NCBI GenBank assembly: GCA_012295275.1
Contig: CM022675.1
Coordinates: 14,756,001-14,820,000, forward strand
Length of the DNA stretch: 64,000 nucleotides
Origin: Chrysomallon squamiferum
Taxonomy: Eukaryota > Animalia > Mollusca
Reading direction: 5' to 3'
Below the pieces are notes generated by a model. It had not been told where the DNA came from. It saw only the letters and a list, made by a program, of their open reading frames with translations, and made no database searches. Each line of letters begins with the position of its first letter. Positions within the stretch are counted from its first letter, which is position 1. The position numbers and the translations under genes were made by a program. Shown here one piece after another: positions 1 to 12,779 of the stretch.

Positions 1-319
1 ACTCACTTGTTTAATTGTAAAGAATTTGGTGAAATAATATTGCAATTGTCATTAATATTCACTACCGACAAATTTTGTAAATCATAGAACGGTTAAATAT
101 AACGGTAAGTTAGGTCTCCATGTTAGACCTATTACATTAAAGAGATACTATTTATGATACATTTAGGCTATAGCTCATGTAATACATGCATTTACGTTAT
201 TATGGTATGTTCGTGCAAGTTACAGCTCGTGCAAGTTACAGCTCGTGCAAGTTATGTTACAGTAAGCGTACAATGTAGGCCTTCATGGCACTGTCACACT
301 GGTCTAAAAATAGTGACGG

Positions 320-436
320 TGCCTGGAATCTACATTCGACTTATACACAAGTAATACCTAAAATGACGCAATTTTTGGTCTTAAAATACACATCGACTTA
401 TACATAAGGTCTACGTGTACACAAGTATATACGGTA
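320..436. mobile_element. Terminus of a Tc1/mariner-pogo-like non-autonomous DNA element
   Basis: Repeated TCGACTTATACA motif ending in GTATATACGGTA, typical of TACCGTATATAC-type terminal inverted repeats with a TA target. Confidence 0.5.
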
Positions 437-861
437 ATTAGTTTTCGTGAAATCATGTCTGCATGTGGTTTCAAAAAACAACAATTTCTAATGGTATTTA
501 TGAATATACTTTGTCTACTCGTATCATTGTCACTTTACTTTCACACTGCTGACGTTTGTATCTGTGTCACTCACTACAGTCACATGGTCTTTGACATTTC
601 ATCTTACTGCACTATTCGTAACATTCTGAGTTTAGCTATGCTATTAACATTTTAATGTACTGAATTGATTTTGACTATGGCTACATCCCTAACTGTATTA
701 CTTATCCCTAACCCGTTACCCAGATAAAAAATGGTATGATTCCACATTGTTGTGTATTGTATGTCTACCGGCAGTAAATAAATGAAAGAAAGGCTTATAA
801 TTATTTATACATATTATTCCATCCACATAACTTGATCACTTAAGTTTCAGTAGATAGCCCA

Positions 862-1144
862 CAGCACAGATTTTCAACCTGGGGGTCGCCAGTCTTTTTC
901 TGGGGGTCACGAGATCGTTCTTGAGCGAGATATGTTTTAGCATTTTTCAACTTGACTTGGAAGGAGGAATAAATAAAAACGTGTAGATAGGTTTGGGACC
1001 AGTCATAGTGAATATAGATTCCTTTTGTACTGTCTTTGAAAATATGGTAACCCTAGATATTATTGAATAATTTTTTTTAAAGGGGGTCATCAGTCATAGT
1101 GAGTTGCTCATAAAGGGTCACATGAAAAACATTGAAAACTAGTG
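862..1144. mobile_element. hAT-like MITE remnant
   Basis: Starts ...TTTTCAACCTGGGGGTCG, has internal GGGGGTCA repeats, and ends ...CATTGAAAACTAGTG, matching degenerate inverted termini of the CAGTGGTTCTCAACC type. Confidence 0.5.
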
Positions 1145-2477
1145 ACCTACAACATCTAAGAACTGAAGGGTCATCTTGACTCTGCTGCAGTTGATGCAGA
1201 TTGTTGTTGGTGTGTGGCCCATTGGTCTCATGATGGTTCCAGAGCAGCAGAGGGAAGTGAGCATCATCATCAATCCATAGCACATAAGAGGTGTTAACTT
1301 TCAAGTGCTAACGAACCTATTAAAATACAGCTCATTTCTTGTCTAGGGATTGTGCCTTTGGTGGACCCACTGACTGTAATTAACAAACTGTGATGATTGA
1401 TTATAATATATATATATATATTTTGCATATACTACAGATATAAACTATATATAATATCAAGTATCTAATGTGAACACCAAAACAAAAGACAATATTTATA
1501 TTACAAAGATAATTATTTATTTTGACACATGTATAGTTATTATTTAGTGGTTGAGGACTTGGGAGTTGGCATTAAATGAAATACTATAATTCTTAATTCT
1601 TTTAATTTTCCCTAACAGGTTATGTTAGAAACAAATATATAACTCAAACACTCTATGGAGCATGAACAGGTTGCATCAAATTGATCAACAAATCAAACAA
1701 AAACAGGATAACCATGTGTCCCTACTTCCAACGTAAACAAAGATATGCAAAATATATTTACCAGCGTAATTGGCTAATAATAGCTGCAAACTCCTCAGTC
1801 ACACCCGTGTCTTTCTCCTCTCTCTTCTGTCTTGTCTCCCTGGACTCTTTTGTCTTAATTAAATAAACACATCACAGACTTCCCTGAAGTCATCAGAGCG
1901 AAGCTGAGAAAAATTCCTTTTGTCTCTCACTAATGATTGATAATTGTTAGATGATTTCAGTAATTGGATTACTGTTAACTAACAGTAGATATTTAATTAA
2001 TACATATTGTTAAGAATATTTGTAGAAATGAATGGTTAACATATTTACTTACTTTAATGATGCATACAGTTTAATTATGAGATGTTAAACTGTATTAAAT
2101 TAAGCTATTTAGGCAATAGTAAATATGTTACCAACATTTTCAAAAATGCACCTTAAAACTACAACAATATCAAAATATTATAATAAGTAAAAAAATAGCT
2201 ACCAGCAGATTCTACAAGTACGTATTACCTAAATTGCAATCTGTGGCTTAGTAAATAAGTTAGAACCTGCTTGCTTAGTTACTAAATATTGCTCAGAAAC
2301 TTTCCACAGCTTGAACGAGGCCCTATTAGGGTATGATTAAGGGCCCTACTACGTAATATAAAAAATGATTTACCGTCATAATTACCAGTGTTAATACTTT
2401 TATTTCTTATTTGTTAATAACAGTTTTCTTGTTACTCTTTATAAATGCAATTAATGATTTTGCTTCTTAGTTGTCAT

Positions 2478-2648
2478 CAGTGGCAGTGCTAGGGTTTGGG
2501 GACCCAGAAGTTTGAACAGTTACAGGGTCCTTCACAAGCAACAACAAGGTCTGGGTAACTACTTCCATCTTCTGTGGCAATGTTCCATGACATCTGGGAT
2601 TAGAGGCCCTGGCATTTAAGCTTAGTTTCATAAAAGATCTGCCCCTGG
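2478..2648. mobile_element. Possible MITE remnant
   Basis: GC-richer island starting CAGTGGCAGTGCTAG and ending GATCTGCCCCTG (imperfect inverted termini), with internal GGGACCC/GGCCCT motifs. Confidence 0.35.
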
Positions 2649-2749
2649 CTGTCTTATGTTTAACATCGTTACTTTACATACCACAGTTACAGTTCTTAAT
2701 TTTGTTGATAACAGATAATTATTGTCAACTGTTTGACAAGTCTGCCAAA

Positions 2750-3126
2750 ATGTTCCTACTGGTTATGGTTTTGTCGGTGCAAGAGGTGCTATCAAAAGTT
2801 TTTGATTCAGATCAGATAAGTCAGTCATGATTTTAGCTTTGAGATGTTTTCTAGCTTTCTATTTAAGTGACATCTTTATCTGAAGAGGGAAAGCAAATAA
2901 TAATAAAGATAACAATAATAACAATAACAACAACAATAATAACAACAATAACAATAAATAATGTTTTGACAAAACAGGTATAACACTGACATGAAGACAG
3001 ACAAACAGAAATGTTGGCAGATATAAAAACAAAGACAAAACATCTGACAAATAGAAAAAGAAAAAAATATTTATATATACATTCATATATATGTATATAT
3101 GAATATATATAATATTTATATACAAA

Positions 3127-3172
<46 letters not shown>

Positions 3173-3214
3173 CATACATACATACACACACACACATACA
3201 TACATATATATGTA

Positions 3215-3278
<64 letters not shown>

Positions 3279-5175
3279 TTCGTATATTTCTTTATTTTTA
3301 GCTTTCTCTGCTGTGTACAACAAACAAACTAGGCAGTGTGAGACACCATGGGGTAAAGTGAATGTAGGCCAAAGAGTCCATCAGTTCGAATACCGTAATG
3401 GTTTAACTCCACTTAAATGCGTTGAAGGTGGTTTCGAAATTGATAAGCAAACCTCGTGTGAGTATTGTAGTCAACAGCAAATCTTTGTTTTGTTACAGAA
3501 TATTCTAATTAAGTAAGTAATAATCAAGTAGAAAGGAAACTCGCAAGGAACGCTGGGAGAAGGTGTTGGTGTGATTCACATCATCAAGTCTCTAAAGCTG
3601 ACGACAACGGCCACGTTTCAGAAAGTTGTGTATGCATGATGTTGCAAGAGTAAGTAGAATAACAATCTTCCTGTAAAAACTGAATAGCTGTTCTCTTTTG
3701 ACAGATGTGGAGATCTATCATTCTCGGATTCCAGCCACAAACACGAGTATAAAGACTAAGTGTGGTGTCTTCAGTTTCAGTGCCACTGTACAATTCATAA
3801 CATTTAAGAAAAACGTAGCAAGTGTCAAGCTTACTATATATAAAGATAAGAACAATGGTAAATAATTTCAGCTTTAATAATAATAATAGTAGTAATATAA
3901 TAAAGAAAAGAAGTAGACAACAAGTACAGCAACAGTTGTTATAATAATCATGATGATGTTGATTATTATGATAATGATAACGAAGATGATAATAATGATT
4001 ATGATGGCAATAACGACAACAACAACAACAGTAACAGTAACAGTAAAAACTGACAACAACAATGACAATAATTACTATGATATACGTATGATACTAAAGT
4101 TACTTGTTTTAAATATAGATGTATATTATTAATTTATTACTGCTGCAATTCATTTTATTGTTTTGTGTCTCATTTGTAATTCAACATATGTGTCAGTTTG
4201 TTCAAAACAAATATTTATTTTTGATTTTTCCAGTTATAATCTGTGATCTCCGCAAGTTTTATGAGTGTGTTTTGGTACATGAATTGAACAAAATAAAGTG
4301 CACTTATATGACTTGTACTAATCGTGGCAAGATTAATCTGTTACGTAGAGGTAAGACTTCTTTACTGCTACAAGTTGATCTTCACAAACTCAGCATTGAT
4401 GGGACAATGCCAGTGACAGATCTTGTTTTTAATGCATTAAGATCGTACACTGGTTCAACAGCCAATACCAAACATTTCAGCCTAAACAAAAATATATAAT
4501 TATCTATTATACACAATTTATTATGGTTTTTATTCAAAATGCAAATAAAGGGCGATCCTGGGGTGTGGCATACTTTCACTGCAAAGCGGTGTAATAATGT
4601 CTGCAAATGTCCAACAACAGACAGTGCACAGCAAGAAGCTGTTGGTAAAACTGACGTAAGACACCACGACGGTGTGTGCAATGTGACTGAGGCAGTGGGT
4701 GAAGCAATGCCGGGTAGTGGACAGTTACTCAGTGTGGGAACATCCTCGGTTCAGCCAAAGTTTTGAGAATTTCCCCATATCGATGTACTGACTTTGGCAG
4801 TTTCAGCCTGTACTTTTCAATTCTATTATAGATAAGTACTAACGCTTGACAAGAAAAGAAAAGAAAAAACATTTAGAACATAATGTTGAATATTCTAACA
4901 TGATTATTATAGTTGTTAATGTGAAAAACAGTTATTCTTGACATTTCTTACGCAATATATTATTAGTCACAAATTTATCTCATGCTAAATCCATCTTGTA
5001 TGTGACGTGAATCTTGAATCACCAATTTATTTTCTGTTTGTGTCTCTTTTCCCTTTTTATTTCAGACTGTGAAATTGATGGCAAATGTTACAAAGTTGGT
5101 TATGAAACTGAAAGTGGCTGGTTTTGGTGGAAAAAGACATGTTTCTGTGTTAGTACTGGAAAAATGCAATGTTGA
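2750..5175 (+). CDS. Small secreted cysteine-rich protein (about 150 aa) with a C-terminal VWC-like module; 4 exons
   Basis: Exons 2750-2819 (MFLLVMVLSVQEVLS..., signal-peptide-like, donor gtcagt), 3302-3457 (donor gtgagt), 4234-4350 (donor gtaaga) and 5066-5175 (DCEIDGKCYKVGYETESGWFWWKKTCFCVSTGKMQC*). All introns are phase 1 and GT-AG with pyrimidine tracts, giving a 453-nt open frame. AATAAA lies at about 5218. The first exon is the least certain. Confidence 0.72.
3130..3275. repeat. (GT)n/(CA)n compound microsatellite, representative of many (e.g. 5319, 30145, 30895, 43458, 49027, 54117, 57144)
   Basis: Directly visible dinucleotide runs. (AAT)n runs occur at 21645, 33062, 53390 and 60632, and (GA)n runs at 51799 and 61046. 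Confidence 0.95.
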
Positions 5176-5316
5176 TTACAGTTTGATAGGTTACAGAGAA
5201 ACATTTTGTCACCAGGAAATAAAATAGCAGTGAAGGACACATTGTTTCAAAATCTTGTCTTTACCTGTCACACACAACTGTAATAAGTGAATTTTCCCTT
5301 TTTACATATAACTAAT

Positions 5317-5371
<55 letters not shown>

Positions 5372-7779
5372 AGTGTTTTGTACTAAAGTGACTATACAAA
5401 ATTTCATATACTTTAGTTTACTTCAAATTGTACAAGAGAATGAAAGAGAAAGAATGAGAGAAAGACAAAAATAGGTACAATAATGTCTGTGTTTGTGTTT
5501 GTGTGTGTATGTTCGCATGCATGTGATAGTAGGTCATTATACATACATCTATTATTATTATTATTATTGGCTCACAACGTGGTGCCTGCTGTTGTGGAAA
5601 TATAAAAATCCAGATATTGCTATTTTTCCACTTTCATTTTTTTAATGAAGTTCTGTTCACAGATGTTTTGTTAAACTGTCTGTGTTTCTGTTTGAAACAC
5701 ATGTAGTAATAATATGAGTTAGTGGTGGTCATGTTTTTATTATTATTATTATTGTTTTATCAAATATGCTTTCTCTTGATAGAAGTCATGCACAGTCATG
5801 TTGCTAGGTATTTCTGCACATGCACAAACTGTTACCCATCTAACAGTCCATGCTTAATTTCCTCCATGTCCACATGCAGATGGTGTGCAAACTGTCACTT
5901 CATACAGTGAATGCAGATAAATATGTGCACGCAAGCACGCACATGCACAAACACCCACCCGCATGTTTGGGTGTTTGAGTATATATGTAAGAATGTATTT
6001 ATGCAAAAGATAACTCCATTTTGTCACTTTGCAATTTCACTGACATACAAACCCCACCTTTATGTATGTATATATTTAACCTTTATTGAAACAAATTAAA
6101 TGCAATATACAAAATAAAATAATTTATAATATATCTGCTAATCTAAAAGAGGATTTAAAAACATTTTTTTTTTACAAAACATTCTTTTTATGTTATCAAT
6201 GACCAAAATTTGTTACTAACGTAAATGTAAAACTGGATACTGTTCTCAATAGTTGTATCAATACACAATGATGCATAATCCTGTTTTCAGACAAATCTGA
6301 AGTCATAAAAACTATCCGAACACTTAAACTCAGTTTTCAGTTGCAATACAACCATATTAAATTTTCCTGACATCATATTTTACAGAAATGGCCGAAACTG
6401 GTTTTGATAAAACACTGGATATTGTCAATCTTGTCTTCTTTAGTTTAGTTATGTTTTGCAGGGAACATAGAACAAAAATCTGACAAAGTAATGTACAAAG
6501 TTATATAATTTATTTGTAAATTAGTCAAATAATTAAATACCATTTATAGGTGATAAATAAATCGAACAATTAACTTTGGCAATTTATGTCACTGTAATGA
6601 CAAAATCGACTGCAACAACGACAGCAGCAACATACCCTTCTACAATATTAATTTGATACCTTTACTATTTCTAATGCATGAATGATGTTATATTGTGAAT
6701 TTAGTTTATTTTGATCTCTTACTGGTTCTTTTATATAAGAAAACTACTTAACTTTGGTATGCTTCATTTTAATGAAGAAAACAACAAACAAAGTAAGTCG
6801 ATTATTTTCTATTTCATTTCTGCACTTCATGTAACCATTACTTTGTGTCATTGTTGTGTTGCTGTGATTATTATTACATTAAATACGATTAATCAAATAG
6901 GAGTGGCTAGCATCTTGCTAACCAAATGTGATAAATCATGATAAAACAACACTAACACAAGCAATGCTAACATTATTTTTTTTTTTTTGGGTCAAATAAA
7001 GACATCCCAAAGTTTTGTAAGATATCGTATATGAAAGTTGTCAAAAATCCACACACTGAAAGTATGTTATTTTATTTTATTTAAATCATGAAAACCTTAT
7101 TTCATTTTCAAGAAATATCTTTATGGGCCATTTCAGTTGATGTTTGAGATGATTCTTCCTGAGAAAGAGTTGTTGTCTGTGAATAGGTAATTTTTCTGTA
7201 TTTTAATGTTTACTTCTGCAGACGAACATACAGAGTTGTCGTTCCTGAGGGGTTATTTTTCATGGATCGGGCACTTCGCTTCAGATGGATGTTAAGCAAT
7301 AAATGTGGATTTAGCTGCCAAACACAAGGCGAAAGAAAACTAGATCTAAATATTTGATTTATGTAATCTGTTAAGCCTAATCGACCATTTTAAATTTTTT
7401 ACGCTTTTTTCTAACATTCAGTTGTCATTTTTATCTTTGCTTTGCTTTGCTTTAGTTTCAGATTTTCAATTATGTCTTTACAAGAAATTCCCCTAACAAA
7501 ATAACCTGATATTTTATCTCATTCTAGTTTTAAACATATAGTAAATTACCATAACATTTTGAGGTTGGGAGTTTGCCATTTGTGAAAAATGTGACAGCGA
7601 GCAGCTGTTAGCATTGCTACTAATACTCCAGTCAGTGGCTACTATTATTAATGTTAATTTTAGTACTGCTGATGTCAAAACAACAAAAACATAATAACAA
7701 AAGATACTATTATTAATAATAATACAGCAGCTACCAGTAACATTATTTACATTACTGCTGGTGATAAATGAAAACATGT

Positions 7780-7981
7780 GAAGTGAAGTGAAGTGAACAA
7801 AATTAACGTGCTAATCAGAGCAAGCTGTTGTGAAGCACGTCTAAACAGCCACGCTTTCTGACAGGTCAGCGGGTGTGTCTGTCGCAGAAAAGAGTTTAGG
7901 GTAAGGAAAGAGTGGGTTCTCGTTACGATTGCAGGACACAAGGGAGTGTCCAGCATGTCGGATTGCAACGAGTTGGTTCTG
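7780..7981 (-). mobile_element. 5'-truncated short retroposon (SINE or LINE 3' end), about 200 bp, with a (TTCAC)n tail
   Basis: Shares the core AATTAACGTGCTAATCAGAGCAAGCTGTTGTGAAGCACGTCT with the copies at 8377 and 13107. Flanked by a near-perfect target-site duplication ATGAAAACATGT (7768-7779) / ATGACAACATGT (7982-7993). Confidence 0.7.
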
Positions 7982-8234
7982 ATGACAACATGTTTGTAGG
8001 AGTGGTAGTTGTAGATTCTGTTATAGTAGTACTAATAGCAGCAATTGTTGTATCACCACAGACAGGAGCAATATTATTAGTAGTAGGAGTAGGAGTAGGA
8101 GTACTTGTTTGTGGTTTTATGATCAGTAGTAATTACAATACTATTAGCTGTAGTAGCTGCTGCAATAGTAATAATTGTTATGGTAGCTGTAGTACTAATT
8201 ATTAGTTATTGTTGTAACATGAGTAATTCAGATT

Positions 8235-8375
8235 TGTTATTTTTATTTTTAAGCAATGGAATTGAAACTGCATAACTTTAATTGTAACTATATTCACATC
8301 GGCTCTTTTTATTGTTTCCCCCAATTTTTCAACTCCATGGCTTTGTTATAAAAAGGCTGGCATTTTTTTTTTTAT
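8235..8375 (+). repeat. Dispersed direct repeat, copy 1 (pairs with 16226-16360)
   Basis: Shared ATGGAATTGAAA...ACTTTAATTGTAACTA...CCAATTTTTCAACTCCATGG...TTGTTATAAAAAGGCTGGCATTTTTT. Confidence 0.85.
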
Positions 8376-8376
8376 T

Positions 8377-8434
8377 AAGACGTGCTTCACAACAGCTTGC
8401 TCTGATTAGCACGTTAATTTTTTTCATTCATTCA
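8377..8434 (+). mobile_element. Very short copy of the same retroposon 3' end, opposite orientation, with a (TTCA)n tail
   Basis: Reverse complement of 7799-7842, followed by ttcattcattca. Absent from the homologous repeat copy at about 16355. Confidence 0.65.
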
Positions 8435-8839
8435 TTAATTACGAATTTTTCAACCAGACTTGACTCTGAGATGGTTGACCCCAACATGTGGGCTTGGAAG
8501 AGAAGCTGTGACGAATATTCACATACGGATTGTGCTTTGCTGAGTGGAATTCAGAAACAAACGATACTGTATCATTTACTATATTTATTTATTTTTAGAT
8601 TCTTATTTTTATTATTTGTAGCTATTTTTATTATTGTTATACTCATTACTTTTCTTATTTTTACTGTTTGTTCTTTTCTCCCTTTACTTTCCAGTATCTC
8701 AAATAACCAACATGCCTTTCATCTTTATCTCGGACTCAAAAGTTAGTTACGAAAGCTTTAGACTTTTTAAAATTAATATAGACTTGTCTATATATTTAGA
8801 ACCAAATTATCCAAAAACAGTTACACTACAACCAGTCAC

Positions 8840-11800
8840 AATGGCAACCACGTACACGAAAACAAACATCACCGTCTCTGATGACTCAGATATGGAAACC
8901 AGAGTTCCCAAACAACCAAGGGACAGAAGCCCTAACTCCAAAGAAAAAAACAAATGTAACAGGAGGCAGAAAAAAAGAAGCAATACACACATACACAACA
9001 CACACCACACCATCCACGCACGCACACACACATCCTGACTCAGAGGAAACAGCTGAACAAAACATCATAAATTGAAACCTACACATATTAGCAAGCCTAA
9101 GCGACAATGACACTGAAAATGAAAGTGATACAAACATTTGGGAAACAATGAGAAGGAAAAACACAAAACATTTTCAACACTGAGCTAACATTGTGATCCA
9201 CAAAAAAAATCCACGCAGATATCGAAAAAAGTTACAATATCTGATAAATAAATAACATCAACAAAACAACCAAAGTAAACAAAACCAAAATGCACACGCA
9301 ATATATTTTGAAACAGATTCAAAATCATTAAAAACTATAGGTCCCAGTTTAACTATCTGGGTTGAAGTATTTCTTGTCAGGGTATTACCAAAAATAATCC
9401 CTGACACCCAACAAACAAAGAAAACACCACAACCCAGAAAAACACTGCTCATGCAATAGCAGTCAAAACAAACATTAATTACACAGCAACAACCCAAACA
9501 AACAAAAAACAATGAGACTATACCAGTCTCACTTTACAAATACATCTTCAAAGATTTAGGGTATTATTACCCATATGCAGACAAATATAATTTTTTTGAG
9601 ATGTTCAACATGGAACTACTTGTACAGACAAAAGTGAAATTAGACATGTTGAAAAGTCCAAGCTAACATTCAGCACCAAACCTAACAACATTGATGGGTA
9701 CAGATACACACTGACAGAAATGAGGCCGCAGTTGCCCAAGTGCGGCCACTGTCAGAAATGGGGTCACATCACAAACCAGTGCACCCAGAGTCACAACCCG
9801 AAATCGCTGACATGCTGTTTCTGCGGTGGAAATCACCACAAACTCAGGACAATGCCGTTCCCTGGCAAAGTGCACGAACTGTCAGGGTTCCACACTCATC
9901 AGGTTACAAATGTGTCCATCAAAAATAACAACAAGGAACAACTTTGAACACAACAGATACAAAAACAAAATGTTACACAATGTCAACAAAAATTCCAGAA
10001 AATTGAAGAAAAAAACAAAACCATAATTGAAAAAAATCAACCATCACAACAACCACCAAAAGACAATTTTGATAAGGATAAGAATTGCAGAAATACACAA
10101 AATTATTGTTGCCCTTCTTATCAAACTGCAAAACATCAGAAACAATAAAGGAAACATCAAAGATGACACAGATTTGGACCTCAGGGTCACTCAAATAATC
10201 GAAGATGGCTTGGGATTCAAGATCCCCATAAATGACAGAGACTTGAATTACACACAGACAAGAGACATTCCACAAACACAAAACAACAGTGAATAAAAAA
10301 ACACCAAACAGTACCAACAATTTACACACTCTTCACTATAAGCACACCAATAACACAGGCCTCTCCATTCTTAGTGGGACACTAAAGGCCTCCACTCAGC
10401 AGATCATGGAGATGAAATCATATTTTCCTGGCCTCCACTTGAAACATACCAGATGTAATATGCATACAAGAAACATGGCTAGGAAACTACAACAAAAATA
10501 ATAAAAAAACCAAAAAGTTTCATGTCCCCTGGTATCATAGTCACTACGTTGACAGATTCACCAGTACCCGGGGAGGCATCATGACACTCATCAAACAAGA
10601 CATTCCACACACCAAGCTGAACCAAGGCAAAGTTCACGCCAACATTGAAATACTAAGCATCACAATACACAACAACAATCAAAACATCAACATAATTAAC
10701 ATATACAGCCCATCAACTCCTGCACTACATACCACATTGACAATTGGATGCTCTGCAAAAGGCAAGTGCTCAATCAACTAAACAGCAACCATCACCCAAT
10801 ACTCACCAACTACAACAGCAAGAATCCTTTCTCAGACAGATCAATTTTCACACCCAAATGGAATTTCAACAAAGCAGACTGGGAAGTCTTCTACAAAGCA
10901 TGCAGAAACATCACCATACAAAACCCCAACAACATCGACACTTACTGTGCATCCTCACCAACACGATACACTCCATTGCTAAAAATTCATACCAAAAAAC
11001 CAGACAATGCACTGGCAAAATATCCACTCCCTGGTGGATGGAATGCATAGAAAATAAGTGCAAGGAAAGAAACAAATTCAGAAGACAATGCAAAAAAGAC
11101 AAAATCATTCTATACATGAAAAAATAAGAGAGCTAAAAAAGAAGTTTCCAACCTAATTCTTATTGCTAAACAAGAACACTGGGAACTTTTTTGCAACAGG
11201 ATTGACCACAAAACATCAAAGACATGTGGTTCAAAGTCAAAAACATTCAAGGAAAAAAATCCCAAAGAATCAAACTCTTGGCAAAAACAACGTTGCAAGC
11301 AAGAAGTGGATCTACTCAGTGAAAATTTTGCCAAGTCCAGCAGCAATTTGAATGTCCCGCCCAAAGTCACAAAGAAACCACTGGACAACCTAACGAACAT
11401 TCCACAGACACTGAACACACAAAATACAATCCACTCTTCAATATCAGTGAATTACAACATGCCCTTAAAAACAAAAAAACAGGGCCAGATAAAATAAGCT
11501 ACACAATACTACATTAAACATTTAACTTCATTAAAGACTTCATCAACATCACATCCATAGCAGTCAAAGTGAACAGTCACACCTCTGAAAAAACAAGGTT
11601 CAGTGATCTCACCAATACTCTTTAACATTTACATCAACGACATCATCACAGCACTCAACAAACATGGTGCAAAATATCCCCCAACCGAACCAATAAACAC
11701 AGCACTCTTTTGGCGTGCAGGCAGATCGACCGCAGCATTACATAATCAAATACAAAAAAACCTAAACAACATAAATGACGGTGTTGAAATGGGGCATAAA

Positions 11801-12775
11801 ATTTGTTTTTGTCTAAAATGACAGGCCTCCTCTTCAACAAAATAACACTAAACATCGACAACAACGTCATAACCCAAACCAAAACATTCAAATTTCTAGG
11901 GTGTGACATTTGACAGTCAGCTCAACTTCGAATGCCACATACACAACATTATTGCATCCTGCAAAAAACCACTGAACCTTCTAAAACAAATTTCTGGAAC
12001 CAGTTGGGGAGTAAACGAGAAAATGCTTATTCTAATTTACAGAAACATGTATTCTCCCCAAGCTCGACTACAGAGCCACAGCTTACATGAATGCTCCCGA
12101 ACTTTCTTTAAAGAAATTACACATAATACAATCCAGTGCCCTGAGAGTGATCAGCCACCTGCCAAACACAACACCTTCCGACAGCCTCCTGTCAGAATAC
12201 AGCTCACAACCACTGAAATACAGAAGAAAGCTGCAGCTACTGAAATACAACCTGAAAATACACATCCCTCAGCAAAGACCACCCTGTCAAAGATCTGGTC
12301 CATGACCAACAAAAAATAGGGCAACCCATTAAACTGCATAGTCTACAACAAGCCAGTTTTGCAACTGAAGCCAGCGATATCGAAAGGGAAACTGGAATAG
12401 GGAACTGCCTTTCATTATCACAACAGAAACAGACAAACCAGAATTCCCACTCTTCAAAAAAGCTATATTTCTAGCAACAGCAAATGACCACTACAAACAA
12501 CACACACACATTTATATTGACAGATCCAAAAACCCAGACAATGGGAAAATAGGATTTGCCTTTATAACCGAAAATCACAAAACAAACTCACCTTGCAGAC
12601 AATTCAGCCACATCAGAAATCACCATTCAGTATACACAGCTGAATTGGTTGCAATCATCAGAGCGATGCCATGGGTAAAACACAACAACAACAAACAGTC
12701 ATATTCTCAGACAGCCTCAGTTCCATCACCTCCATACAATCTGGACAGTCTAGCAGACCAGACCTACTCAGACAA
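8840..12775 (+). mobile_element. Degenerate non-LTR retrotransposon (LINE, I group with RNase H): ORF1 plus ORF2 remnants
   Basis: ORF1 zinc knuckles CGHCQKWGHITNQC, CCFCGGNH and CTNCQGSH (9740-9895). APE endonuclease remnants (GGIMTLIK, INIYSP, NHHPI, WNFNKADW; about 10400-10880). RT remnants (QGSVISPILFNIYINDI, FKFLGVTFDSQLNF, LLKQISGTSWG). RNase H remnants (IYIDRSK, SVYTAELVAI, VIFSDSLSSI; 12510-12770). Many frameshifts and deletions; the RT catalytic ADD motif is missing. Confidence 0.9.
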
Positions 12776-12779
12776 AAGG

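Noticed and set aside
3704-3843. Possible extra exon in the Cys-rich gene
   Set aside because: An acceptor-like site exists, but there is no convincing in-phase donor, and the gene model is complete without it.
6290-7330. Several plus-strand acceptor/donor-like pairs
   Set aside because: I could not build a consistent frame or a recognisable peptide.
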